Positions 51,613 through 64,000 of a DNA stretch of 64,000 nucleotides are shown here, piece by piece (position 1 is the stretch's first letter; each line of letters starts with the position of its first letter). The position numbers and the translations under genes were made by a program. The DNA is taken from positions 967,168 to 1,031,167 of the forward strand of contig MU053482.1 in assembly GCA_013239625.1 (NCBI GenBank), written 5' to 3'. The notes beneath the pieces are model-generated. The model ran no database searches. It was not told the DNA's origin and worked only from the letters and a program-made list of their open reading frames with translations. The DNA is from Lama guanicoe. Its lineage: Eukaryota.

Positions 51613-52499
51613 GTTGGAGAAATAATCAAGTGTATGTCACAGATAGTTGTAAATTTGGGTGGAGACTCTGATTTCGGATTCTACATGGAATCAAATGTTT
51701 AATCAAATAAGTCAGAGTGTAGGAAATACAGTGATATGTTCAAGAATGCATCATCCAATAAAGCAGCATGCCATGGTATATTATACCAAACCATCCTTTA
51801 TCACTGGCTTCTTAAGATATGTATGTAAATCTGGTTAGGAAGAGAGAAAGGCTCAGGTGGAACCTGGTAAGACAACCCTGACTTATCTTCCCTCCTTCCC
51901 CAATGACATCCCAAGAAAACACAAAGTTACATAGGAATATTGGTCAAAAATCTAGTAGACCCCAAGTAAAGCCATTAACCAGAGTATAGAGGGGCCCTTA
52001 AGTGAGGAGAATGCCTAGCAGTCCAGGGCTACCACCTACCAACAGCTGCAGAAGAGCAGCAGGGCAGGGCACTGTCCTCGTACCCTGCCCCCTCCAACCA
52101 CACACAACAGTCTCCTCATTAATTAGTCTCTTTGTGTATGCTTTTGGGGAATTCAATGCCCAGGATTCAACATAGCTGAGGGCATACGTGGACAGATGGT
52201 GGAGCAATGTATCCAGCAACATCAAGTTGATAGTATAAAAAAGTAGAGGCAGAGAAAGCACTGAAGCCTCCTTGCTCTGATGAGTACATTTTTTTAAATT
52301 ATAACCAGGGGCTATTACAACAAATTCTCAATGTTTTCCATCTTTATATTTGCCTTGTTATAATCCTAAAAGTTAATCAATCTTCAAATACACAATTGCA
52401 AAATTCTATTCTATTTTAAACGGTAAGTTTATATCATATTCACATTACAAGTCTGTTTCTAGAACCTGCCTACCACAGGGGCTGGCCAGTCAGAGATGA

Positions 52500-52745
52500 G
52501 GGATTGCAGTTAATAAAATAGCCTCTAGGCTGACCGCCTGGGTTTGAAGCCTAGCTCTGCTACTTACAGGCTGTGTCACCTTGGGCAGGTGACAATCTCT
52601 CCAGGCTTCAGCTTCCATACTTTTAAGATGGAGATAATAATAGCACTTACCTGATAGCATTATTTTGAGAATTCAGTGAGTTATTGCTTGCAAAGTACTT
52701 ACAACAGCAACAGCTCCACAAATGGGCCTGCTCTATGTTAGCCAT
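52500..52745 (+). mobile_element. MIR SINE
   Basis: ctgggtttgaagcctagctctgctacttacaggctgtgtcaccttgggcaggtgac. Confidence 0.85.
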
Positions 52746-54332
52746 TAGTTTCGTCATAGACTAGCAAATGCCAGGGGAGCGTAGGGGTGTTGGTGGACAA
52801 GAAAAGAAACCTTGAACTTCCCCAGTACAGAGAAGTTCCTTTGCCTCAGGAGTCAGCCTGACCCAGAAACAGTGTTAGTGGTTTGACACAAAGCTGTTTT
52901 GCAGTCCCTGAAAATCCTAGATTAATATTAATACTCATGAAATAGTCTCTGGTGGCCCAGACTTGGACCCACTTACACCTTAGCCCTGTTGGGCCTTAAT
53001 TCATACATATTCACTCAGGCAAGTATGGTTTAAGCTAGGGGTTAAAAAAAAAATCAGTTTCTTGGGCCTTTGTTTTTTATGGTTCTGTCTCTTCTTCTGG
53101 AAAACAAATGATTTATTCTCTTGCCCCTTTGGGAGCAGAGGAGGTCATAAACTGAAAACAACTGTCTGTGGAAAAAAACTTCCCAGACAACCGTTCTTCT
53201 AACAGAACATCATCTATTCAGTAGAGAAAACCAAGCTTGCTTGCTTACTATTTTTTTTAATATTCTAGAAACAAACAAACAAAAACCCTGAGACTAGAAG
53301 CATTTCCATGATCATCTTTATCTCGAGCTTCACAGTGACTAGAATCCTCCTGCCAGGAGTCGGGGTGGAGGTCCGTGCATTGACAGGCAAGAGACATGAG
53401 AGTCTCCGCCCCATCACCCACCCCTGGCTTGTTCTCTGGCATGAACTCTGTTGACTTGGAGGAAGGCCTCTGGCTTGAGATTGAGCTGGAAATTCTGCAG
53501 GACATAAGGAACTCCCTTCCTCTTACTGGACTAACCAATACACAGAAGCCCACACTCAGAGCGTCTCTCTCATACATCTTGCACGCGCACGCCACTACAT
53601 TTCACATTTACTCTCTTACATTTTGGTGTGCACATACACTCTGCTCTCCTATAAATACATCTTCAGGACACATTCACACATACAGGCACATGGTGGTCAT
53701 GGTCCAAGGTGTTAAGAGTCAAAGAGAATCATAGAGGGATGAGGGGGCTTACATCAGTTGAGAAAAGGGAGCTTTCAGATAGATTACTATGAATGTAAAA
53801 CTGAGACCCAGGCCTTCTCAAGCCCTTTGGCAGGATTCATGAGGGTATGGTGCTACTCCAGGAATAGCTCCCTGCAGGTATGTAAAATTTATCTTTAAAT
53901 TCAGTTGTTTGAGATCTTGTCAATTTGAGGCAAGGAATTCTGCCTGATTCTGAGCTATAAGGATAGTAGAGGAAGATGAAGTTCAGTCATCAACCAATCA
54001 ACATGCGTTTGACTGATGCCTGCTATGGCCCAGGCAGTGCCCTGGGCACTGGGAAAGAGAGACGACTGAGACATAGTTCCTACCCCCTCATAGTCTCATC
54101 AGGGAGATGAGACTAATACCCATAAAGCAGAGTAATCCAAGATCAATTTTATACTGTCAGTCCCCAAAAGTCCAACATGTTCATTTTGGCGATGGGTCGC
54201 TAATACCCACACGCTCCTTTTCTTATGGCCACACAACCAGATAATAGACAAATGCTTCTTGGTTGAGTTACTCTCTCCATCCTTCTGCATTGTTTTGTGA
54301 TTCTCTGAAAAATTTTAACATGGCCCTGTGGC

Positions 54333-54553
54333 TTTTTTTTTAATTGAAGTACAGTTGACTTACAATGTTGTTAGTTTCTGGTGTACAGCATAGTGATTCA
54401 GTTATATATATATATATATATTCCTTTCCATTAAAGGTTATTACAAGCTATTAAATAATAGTTCCCTATGCTGTACAGTAAGACCTTATTGTTCATCTGT
54501 TTTGTATATATTAGTTTGTATTTGCTCATCCCAAACTCCCGATGTATCCCTCC
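54333..54553 (-). mobile_element. 5'-truncated artiodactyl-type L1 3' end
   Basis: Poly-T followed by aattgaagtacagttgacttacaatgttg. TSD ccctgtggcttt / ccctgtgcttt. Confidence 0.88.
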
Positions 54554-55195
54554 CCCTGTGCTTTAACTAGGTACCACCTGTCTGTCCCTACTCTGGGATT
54601 GTGAGGTCCCACAAGGTAGGAACCTGATCTTATACATTTTCAAAACTCATAGTGACTGACACAGTTATAATTATCCAAGAAATGCCCAATTCATCAGCCT
54701 AAAATGATCTGAAATAGTCTGGGTGATTTTGCTCTTAGCTGAGGGCTCCATTCATTACAAAAGGAAGCAGTACAGGTAGTAAAGAATGAAATCCTAGATA
54801 CAAAGTCAAGGCAAAATATTTCAACCTTGTCATAAAAATTACAGACATGTTTCCAAGCCCTTCTGTTTTCTTACCATTTTGACCTCAGCTCTTGTATGAT
54901 TTTACAGACAAAGGTAATGCATTTTCATTCCAGCCAGCAGGAAAAGGTCAGGCTCCTCAGGTGCTTTTGACTCTTCCTATTCACAGACAGAATCATTGAA
55001 AGGTTTTGATATATTTCTCCTAAGGGTTTTTTGAAATTATACCAGGTCACCCAATCATCAAACATTTATTTCAACAAGAATTTTTTTTTAATCACCTGCT
55101 CTGTACCAAATACTGGGCAAAGAGTTGGCTAAAAACTTCCCTGGCTGAATTATTAAACTCTTACTTTATGCCCAGAAAAAAAAATGAAAGCAGTT

Positions 55196-55610
55196 GTATT
55201 ATTTTCCTTGGATGGCTATAACAAATTACTACAACCTTGCTGGTTTAAAACAACAGAAATTTATTCTGTCACAGTTCTGGAGGCTGGATGTCCCAAATCA
55301 AATTGTCGTCAGGGTCCCACTCTTTCTGGAAGCCATAGGAAGAATCCTTCCTGCCTTTTCCTAATTTCTGGTGGCTCCTGGAAATTCCTGGGCATTCCCT
55401 GCCTTATGGGTGTAGCACTCCAGTCTCTGCCTCTGTCTTCTCTGTATATGTCTCTGTTCCTTCCTTTTCTTAGAAGGAGCCTGCCCTATATCCAGGATGG
55501 TTTCATCTCTAGGTCATAACTAATTACATCTTCAAAGCACTTGTCTTGAAGAAGACCACGTTCTTGTGGTTCCAGGTAGATGTGAATTTCAGGTGTTGCT
55601 GTTCAACATC
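55196..55610 (-). mobile_element. MaLR solo LTR (MLT1C/D-like)
   Basis: gctataacaaattactacaacctt...ttaaaacaacagaaatttattctgtcacagttctggaggctgg. Confidence 0.85.
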
Positions 55611-56673
55611 TGTCATTGCACATTGCTGGCTGGAGTCTGCACTGATGAGACTGACAGTAAATGAGATGACAGTGAGAGGGGAAGCTTAACTTTGTTTCTA
55701 TGAACCAGCTCCTCCCCTCTTGCTTCTGGTCTCCACAGTCTTACTCCCTGTCCTGTAGATACCCAGATCCAGACGGCTTACTTGAGATTCTGAGCTCCTG
55801 ATTCACATGATTCTTTTACATAAGACACTCATTCTTATGTATTTGCCAAGCTGCTGACCTGTGTTCTCAGGAGTACCCTGACCCATCTGAAACTGACTAT
55901 TGCCCTTTGTTATCTACCTTCTTTCATTCAACAAGTATTCACAGGACACTTCCAAGAGTCAGGCACTGTCTTGGATGCTGGATGACAGACAAGGTCCCTA
56001 CTCTCATGGGGGATGGGAGATAGGAATAAGCAAAAAACAAACAGGCAGATAATTAGCACCCAGAACAGTATCTGGCACATAGTAGGTGTTCAGTAAATAT
56101 CTGAGATTTGACAGAATGAGCAAAACAGTTTCTGATAGTGATAGTGATATGAAGAAGATAGATTAATATGAAATGGAATATTTAAATAGGGCAATTATGG
56201 ACAGCTTCTCTAAGAAGATACTGTTCACACTATAGAGCAGACAGAGGAATTTGGGTTTAATTTCCAGGGCAACTGGAAGCCATTTGAGCTTGAAACACTG
56301 AATCAGTGTGATTTAACTCATGGATTACAAGATCGCTATAACCACTCTGAGGAGAAAGGATTGTAGGAGGCAAGATTTGGAGGAGGAAGACTGCTTAGGA
56401 AGTGCCTCAGTTAGGATGTTTTCATGCAAACGCAGGTCATATGTGTAAAAGATATCAATCCCTTTAGTCCAGAGGAGAACAGGCCTGGCCAAAGCCACAG
56501 GGTTGGTCCATCTACAAATAGATGCATCTGTTAACCTGAATAAACAGCAGCATTTTCCATGTCTGCCACAATGTGAACAAGATTGGAAGGCACCGCTTTA
56601 AAGAACAGTTTTCATGCTTTCTGGCCATTGGGCTCCTTTTACACACTCTTTCTATGTTTGGAGAACTTCCTGC

Positions 56674-57166
56674 TGTGGTAACCGGCCTCAGAGATGTCCT
56701 CCAGTGATCACAACATCCTAGTATTCACACCTGTGTGTAGTCCCCTCCCACCTGCTACCAGGGTTTAGTTTGTGTGATGAACAGCGTGACAGAAATCACT
56801 TCTAAGCTTAGGTTGTAAAAGAATGTGGCTCATGCCATGGTCTCTGTCTCTCTTGGATCACTCACTCTGGGGTAGCCAGCTGCCATGTCTTGAGACTACC
56901 CAGATATCCCTGTGGAAAGGCACACATGGTGAAGGACTGAGATATCCAGCCAATAAGCCTTCTTGAAATGGCCCCAGTAAACCTTCACATGATACAGCAC
57001 CGGCCAACAACTTGACTGCAATCTCATAAGAGACCTTAAACCACAACCACCTAGTTAAGCTGCCCTCAAATTCCTGAGCTCAGAAACTGTGAAATAATAG
57101 CTGCTTGTTGTTTTAAGTTACTGAGTTTTGGGCTGATTTGTTACACAGCAATAGATAACTAATGCA
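56674..57166 (+). mobile_element. MaLR solo LTR (MLT1F-like)
   Basis: tgtggtaaccggcctcagagatg...ttgttacacagcaatagataactaatgca. Confidence 0.88.
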
Positions 57167-57604
57167 TCCCCCTTCTGGGCCCTGTCACCCTGAAGTGTAA
57201 GCCAGAAACGCTCTTTATTAGCTTCCCTTGCAGCTAGGGTGAAGGCAGGTGGCCTGAGCTTTTCCGGTCTGACCCATCTGACCAAGACTTCAATTCAGAT
57301 AATGACGACATGAAGAAGGGGCTGCTGCAGAGAACTGATTCTGGGAAAGGTGGTGGAGGGAGATTCAGCTTTCAGAGGAAGGAGAAGTAAAGTTGCTAGT
57401 GGTGGATCTCATGCCCAGCCTCCATCACTGCGGACTCCTCTGCCGGAGCCCGGTGCTGGTGGGGATGGAAAGGCCTCCACTGGGGCTGTCTGCTGACGTA
57501 ATATGGGTTTGTTCCTGGATTCCACCTGATTCACTCCAGAATATTCTTCCATACATTTTGTTTAATGGACTCCCTTGTTGGCAATTAGGAACTCAGACTG
57601 ACAC
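57167..57604 (+). mobile_element. ERVL LTR, LTR33-like
   Basis: agcttcccttgcagctagggtg motif; ends gttggcaattaggaactcagactgacaca. Confidence 0.6.
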
Positions 57605-58134
57605 AGAAGCCTTTGAAATTAAGAAAATGCTGCCTCAGAGTGGCTTAAATATGGAAATGAAGTCCCTCCCGTAACAGGAAGTACAGAGAAAGGAGGCTGT
57701 AGACTCTTTGTAGTCCAATGCCATCAGGACTCTGGCTCCGCTTTTCTAGAGCTCTCAAGGCTGTGCCCTCCTCTGTGAGTGTGTCCCATCCTCTCCATCT
57801 GGCTGCAGTTTGGTGGTGGCAGTTCTGAGGTAGAAGGAGGCTCTATATTCCCTGTATCCTTTTGTAAGAGTGAGATCCCTTCCTTACTCAAGAGTCTTCC
57901 ACAGACTACTCTTCATGTCTCGTTGGGCTGTAATTCGAGCAGCTGCTCCTTCCTACAGCAATCACTGGTAAGAAGGGTATTAGCACTATTGTCTCCCCCA
58001 GGGATCTGGGGTTGGAGCTAGACTCCCTTGAAGCACCTGGCTGAGAGGAAGAAGGTGGCTACGTGAAAAACGTTAGGGCTCTCCTAGAGGCTCATAGATT
58101 CTGGGTCAACAACCAATACTGCCTGCTATAATAG

Positions 58135-58620
58135 GTTATTACAGTGTCCAGGCAGAAGATAACAGTGGTTTATATTAGGATAATGGACTGGGAACAGAGA
58201 GAAGAAAACCAATTGGGATATATTACAGATCTAAAAGCAACAAGATTTGCTGGTGGATTGAATTAGGAGGGTGAGCAATGGGAAGAGATACAGGGAATGA
58301 TGCATTAGTTTAGACCTGAGCATTTAAGTGAATAATTTACTTAAATGTGCAAGGTTGGGAAAAAACAGGTGAGCATGAAGTTGCACATTTAAATGGTTAT
58401 CAAGTAGACAGTTTAATGTATGATTTTGGAGCTAATAGGGAAATCTTGGATGGAGATCTGAAGTTGAGAGTCACTAGTATACAGAGGGAATTTAAAACTC
58501 TAGGACCAAATGAAACACCTTGGGGGAAGGTAGAGCAAGAGAGAAGAGGTCGAAGAACCAAGGTCAGGGCATCTAGCAGCTAGAGAGCAGGTGGGAGAGG
58601 AGGTGTCAGTAAAGAAGAAT
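58135..58620 (-). mobile_element. L2 fragment
   Basis: caacaagatttgctggtggattgaat and ggagatctgaagttgagagtcactagtatacag motifs. Confidence 0.7.
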
Positions 58621-60359
58621 GGAACTGGGGAGCCTATGGGAAAGAAAAGCAAGATAGACCTCAGAGGACAGGAGATGGTTCAAGTCATCCTCCAGCCTCT
58701 CCTGTCCTGATTTCTCCCCACCCTCCCCCACTCCCTCCCTGGATGTCTTTGTCTGAAGGTAACCACCATCATCTGCATTTTAACTTGCATGTATGTTTGA
58801 AATTTCATATAACAGATTTAAGTGAGTCTTTGAGCCAGTTGAGACTAAAACTCACTGGAGATTGAAGGAAAATTGGAACATAATTGAGGAGGCAAATAAT
58901 ACTGGAAAATTTATCTACATTTCCCTTTTTGAATAATACATGCTAGACGTTTTCCTCACACACGGCATAAAAGCCTAAAAAGTAAACCTACAAAACAAGG
59001 TTTGGTATCTTTTAATACTCCAAGCATTTTAAAATTTTAAAACTGAGCAAAGCCACTCCTTATTTTATTGAGGCAGTATTCTTAAAGCAGTTCACAAATA
59101 ACGTCATGTTCCTTTATATAGAACTATTTCAGATAGGACAACATAATCTCTTTTTTTTTAAGATCTGAAATAAAATCAAGGTACTAGTTTTTATTTTAAT
59201 CAATGGAATTAAAGTTAAAGTTTAAAAGTTACCCCTCCTCTTATAATTAAACCCTCAAAGTCAGGCAGTCATCTACTGTTCATTATGGTTCAGTTTTTCT
59301 GTGAAGCCTTCATTATCTGAACTTGGTGGATTTCCCTTGCTTCAGTTCACTGCACTCTCTCAGGACAGGTCTGAACTCAAAAGACCCTTCAAGGAATGAG
59401 AAAGAAGCCCTCACCCCAGCTCACTGCTGTCCCTGACGAACTTGAAGAACTCTAACCGTCCTTGGAAATAAATATTCTTCCACAGGGAATAAAATGATTC
59501 AAAGGGAAGAAAATAGCTTATTTGCTCCATCCATATGCATTCAGGGAAGTTTTGTGTTGCACCACTTCCTATACCGGCCAAGCCCTGAAGAGTTAATCTT
59601 TTGCCAACAAGAAGGCAGAGATTATTTAAAACACACACACCCAGCACATATTTTAAAGACCTATATGAAAATGAGAGAAAAGAGAGAAACTTAGTAAAGT
59701 ACTGTCCAGGCACCGGGAGAGAAGATATTTGTGTGGTAAAAGACGGCAGCTATTTTGCAGTTATTGAATGGGAGGAAAACGTCTGGCCAGTTAGTGGAAA
59801 CTCTTTCTGCCATATGCCAAATCTGGTGAGTTGCAGATAGAGAAGCTGAGGTCTCTGTGTTGGAGGAAGGCAATCCTAATGCCCACACAAAAGGCTGAGT
59901 GCAGATGAGAAATAGCAAAAGAATGCAAACCAGGAGAAAACCAGTGGAGAGGATCCAGACCACAGTGGGAGCTCCAATTTGGGGCAGGTGGGATTGGGTT
60001 AGCAGAATATTAGGGGCACAGAGTATTTTGCTTGTAGTTTATCATATAATCACCTGGGCTTTAAGCAATTCTTTAGTAAGCTTATAGAATTCATTTGAGA
60101 ATATGGACTGATTTTCCTGTGATTGTGCAGGGGGTGTCATAAGAGGCTCCAAGAATGTACATAAAACTTGAAAAATCCTGCCAAGCAATTCTGATATGAA
60201 TTTCATAGGGAGGCAGATTGTGTGTTACTTAAATTTCGGTCCTTGGCGTCTCCCCAGCGTGGGTTTGAATCTTGGTTCCATCTCTTGAGAGCTGTGTGAC
60301 CTTGGGCAGGTGACTTAGGCCTCCAAGTTTCAGTGTTCTAATCTAAAAGTCAAGATGAT

Positions 60360-60510
60360 GGGGGTAGGGTATAGCTCAGTGATAGAGTGTGTGCTTAGCA
60401 TGCACGAGGTCCTCGGTTCAATCCCCAGTACCTCCATTTCAAAAAAGAGTAAATAAATAAATAAACCTAATTGCCTCCTCACTTCAAAAAAAAAATGAAA
60501 TAAAAATAAA
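60360..60510 (+). mobile_element. Camelid SINE (Vic-1-like), long form, inside a MIR
   Basis: gggtatagctcagtgatagagtgtgtgcttagcatgcacgaggtcctcggttcaatccccagtacctcc, then taaataaacctaatt and an A tail. Confidence 0.93.
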
Positions 60511-60530
60511 GCAATCTGTTGAAAAATAGG

Positions 60531-60749
60531 GGTTGGGGATTAACAGACACATATTACTATATATAAAACAGATAAACATCAAGAACCTACCGTATATAGC
60601 ACAGGGAGCTATATTCAATTTCTTTTAATAACTTATAATGGAAAAGAAATACATATATATGTATATATATAAGTAAATCACTTTGCTGTACACCTGAAAC
60701 TAACATTGTAAATCAACTACACTTCAATAAAAATATTTTTTTAAAAAAG
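60531..60749 (+). mobile_element. 5'-truncated L1 3' end
   Basis: Ends cactttgctgtacacctgaaactaacattgtaaatcaactacacttcaataaaa. Perfect TSD gaaaaatagg at 60521-60530 and 60750-60759. Confidence 0.9.
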
Positions 60750-61079
60750 GAAAAATAGGATGGTAATAATATCTATTTCAAATGGTTGATTCAGTTAAAC
60801 CAAACCTGTAAGCACGGCAGACACTATGTAGTGCAGAACAATTGCTCAGTGGTGTTGGCTCTAAACAGCTGGTCTGGAAAGACCACATGGGATATAGTGT
60901 AGGTTGGTCAGACCCTGCCCATCCTCATATGCAGGAAACAAAATCTGATTGCATCCACCACAGTTGGTGAAAGCAAAGTGCCAGAGCTGCTCTTTTGGCC
61001 ATTTGGGCCATTCAACTTCAGCACGTGGGCTCTGAACTCTCACCTGGACCCGCTGTACCCACCTGTGGAGGAGGGCATG

Positions 61080-61290
61080 TTAAGGGCAGGCCTCAGGAGT
61101 CGCACAGCTACCACTTATTAGCTGTGTGGCCTAGGAAGGCTACTTAATTTTGGTGCTTATGCTACCTCAGTTGAAAAGTGGGGACAGTTAATAACAATAC
61201 CCTCCTTATAGGGTTGTTATGGGGATTATATGAGCTAATCTATTTAGAGTATTTTTAGAGTGTCTGGCTCACAGCATGAGCTCAAAAAAC
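61080..61290 (+). mobile_element. MIR SINE
   Basis: ctaccacttattagctgtgtggcc...aataccctccttatagggttgttatggggatta. Confidence 0.75.
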
Positions 61291-62238
61291 TATAGTAAAA
61301 ATAATAGGAATATGATCATTATAATAATAACTTTGAAATAGACCTTAAGAATTCCAAAGTCTACCTTGCTTCCTGACAAAAGCTTTGCAGAATGGATTTC
61401 TAGAAAGAAAAAGAGAAGAAAAAAAAATAGCAGACACATTAGAAGTGGAAAAGAAAAGTCAAGAAAATTTGTAATGGGGATAACTCAAAGTGTAAGCAAT
61501 ACTAAAAGGATGAAGTTTTGAATAATGAATGCAAAATAGAAGAAAGCTTAAATGTGGAAGTTTCACAGTCAACCCAGAAGTTGTGTTAAAAAAACCCTTG
61601 TATTAAGTGAACCCTCAAAAGACATTTGATGAATTGATTGGGTAATTAAATGTGATTAAGTACTAAACTCTTTAGCTGATAACCTGAAGCCTGGTTCTTG
61701 GACAGAATGACAGCTGAGAAAAAAAACATGGTCTTCTTATGATCTTCTGAATAAGGCTGGAGAGACAATAAAATGGATACTTCCCTATCTCAGTCTCTGT
61801 ATCTCTGTGTGTGTGTATACTCAGATTTTTGTTAAAGGCATTTGTTGCTAAGCAAAGATCAAGAAAAGGATTGTTTATCTCAGAAATCAACACGTTGTAA
61901 CTGACTATACTTTGAAAAAAAACCCATAAATTAAAAAGGGGATTGTTGAAACTCCTTTAAATACTTAAAACCTTAATATACTCACCCCAAAACATGCACA
62001 TCGACCTCTTTTAATGAACAGGCCCCTGAGTGTAGGTCAGCCTGCTCTGGGTCCATTTTCGGCGTTGAGGTGGAGAGGGAAGCCAGCTGTGGAAGGTAAG
62101 GAAAGGTGTGGGCTATTTGGAATCTTCTTCCTGAACTTCCTTAACTAGTGGGACATTCCATGACCACTGTGACACGTTCCGTGACCGCTGTGACACAGTC
62201 CAGCCAATTTTGAACTTCATCGTCTTCTCTCTTTCCAG

Positions 62239-62325
62239 TATCCGGAGTGGCCTTAGCTGTTTCCCAGACCTGTCCAGGGTGAATGACATCAGCCGCTTCG
62301 AAAGGCAGCTCCAGGGAGGAGAAAG
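62239..62325 (+). CDS. Candidate symmetric exon (87 bp), gene unidentified
   Basis: Acceptor cgtcttctctctttccag and donor AAG|GTATGT. Open as IRSGLSCFPDLSRVNDISRFERQLQGGE; several retained CpGs. Confidence 0.3.
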
Positions 62326-63189
62326 GTATGTTTTTAAAGTATTATTTGGTGAGGAAGGGTACTGCGGTCCAAGTTCTCTGTCAGCAGAAATCTGACCTCT
62401 GCTCTCTCCTCTGGCCTCATTCTGAAAACCTGAACAAATGGAGAACCATGAGTATCTACTAAGAAGGGACAGCGGAGAAGTGCCAGGTCTTTGACCCGAA
62501 ACATCACCTTCTGTTCCGTTCAGTATATCCTTTTATGGGGTGTCTGTTAAGTAGTAAAGCTAATAAATCTCTTCTTTCTTCAAAGTCAAAGAAATTGGAA
62601 TTACAGCTTAGTAATTGGCAACCGTAAAACTAGGATGGAACCCACACAGCCCAGGAAGGAAGAAAAAAGATAAAGCAGAACAGCCTGTTTCTTGGTGCCA
62701 TGATAACCCACACATGGGCAGAGTGGATCTACCCAATCCAAAATGTGCTTTCGTTTTCTCTCTCAAGAAAAATTTGCTAGAATCAAGGAAGGACCAAGCT
62801 CACAGAAGACTGATGGCCAAGAGGAGAGGGCTGTTGTCACAGAACACAAACCCAGTTCTAGTGTCATGGTCCGGGTGAAGTATATACTTCAGGCTCTAGA
62901 GCAAGTGTGAGGACGAATCCTTGTTCAGGATAATGAAGCAGCAGTTTGTACTTCATGGGATGCCAGTTGCTGGGAGATAGCATGGGCTCACTAAGAACAA
63001 GTCCTGCCAGTTGAATCTTATTTTCTTTTGCTTAAGGCAGTTATCTGGCAAGGAACTGAATCCAAGAAAATGCCAATTAATAGGAAGTTCTGCCATTAGG
63101 AATCTCAAACCACTTGCCAAGTATAGAAGCAAGGTCTTGGGAGTAGGAGTGAGGATGTGGTCTAAGGGCAGCATGAGACTTATGAGACT

Positions 63190-64000
63190 TCTTTTTTTAT
63201 TATTTTTTCCAGCTTTCTTGAGGAATACATGACAGATAAAATGTGAAGTGTGCATGATGATTTGATATACATATGCATCTTGAAATGATTACCAATATCA
63301 AGTTAACACATCCATCACCTTTTAACTTTTTATTAAACTTTTTTTGTGTGTGATGAGAATGCTTAAGAGCTACTCTCAGTAAATTTCAAGTGCACCATAC
63401 TGTTTTATTAACTACAGTCACCATGTGTACATTGTATCCTTATAACTGAAAATTTGTACCTTTGACCTACATCTCCCAATTTTACCCACCCCCTAACCTC
63501 TGGCAGCCATCATTCTACTCTGTTTCTATGAGGATCATTTTTTTTTTTAGGATCCACATGTAAGTGATAACCATACAGTGTTTGTCTTTCTCTGTCTGGA
63601 TTATTTCATTTACCAGAATGTCCTCCAGGTTTATCCCTGTTGTTGCAAATGACAGGATTCCCTTCTTCTTGAGGTTAAATAATATTCCATTGTGAATGAG
63701 AGTGTGTATATGTGTGTGTGTGTGTGTACACATATATACATATCACATTTTCTCTATCCACTTACCCATTCATGGACACCTAGGTTGTTTCCATGTCTTG
63801 GCTATTGTGAATATGCTGCAGTGAACAAGGGGGTACAGATATCTCTTCAAGACAGTGATTTCATTTCCTCAGGTAAATACCCAGAAGTAGGATAGCTGGA
63901 TCATATGGTAGTTCTGTTTCTAATTTTTTGAGGAATCTCCATAATGTTTTCCATAGCGGGTCAGCAATTTAACATTGCCACCAACAGTGCACCACGGTTC
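63190..64000 (-). mobile_element. L1 (L1MA-like) 3' UTR running off the window end
   Basis: Poly-T-like start, ggatccacatgtaagtgataaccatacagtgtttgtctttctc and acccagaagtaggatagctggatcatatggtagttct. Confidence 0.9.

Noticed and set aside
59411..59713. 100-aa minus-strand ORF and a possible exon GRLEFFKFVRDSSELG
   Set aside because: The acceptor is weak and there is no recognisable homology; consistent with chance.

Overview
This window is mammalian genomic DNA, most likely camelid (alpaca/llama/camel). The species inference rests on eight copies of a tRNA-derived SINE resembling the camelid Vic-1 family and on several young, TSD-flanked L1 3' ends. It is AT-rich intronic/intergenic sequence dominated by interspersed repeats: old and young L1, L2, MIR, ERV1/ERVL/MaLR solo LTRs and hAT DNA transposons. 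The only protein I can name is a full-length processed pseudogene of ATP5PB (ATP5F1, ATP synthase peripheral stalk subunit b) at 19554-20692. It has a poly(A) remnant, a TSD, no frameshift and two TAG nonsense codons. I see no intact multi-exon gene, only low-confidence candidate + strand exons (38-106, 5884-5942, 30008-30240, 62239-62325) that I cannot assign. The most unusual unexplained structures are a ~800-bp degenerate two-unit (~34+20 bp) tandem array rich in inverted TGACA/TGTCA motifs (28870-29665), an adjacent segment with splice signals on both strands (29979-30375), a 45-bp inverted repeat (2103-2459) and an ectopic-looking GC-rich island (19238-19490). I found no convincing novel multi-component system. 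Repeat subfamily names come from recalled consensus sequences, not from a search, and old-repeat boundaries are approximate.
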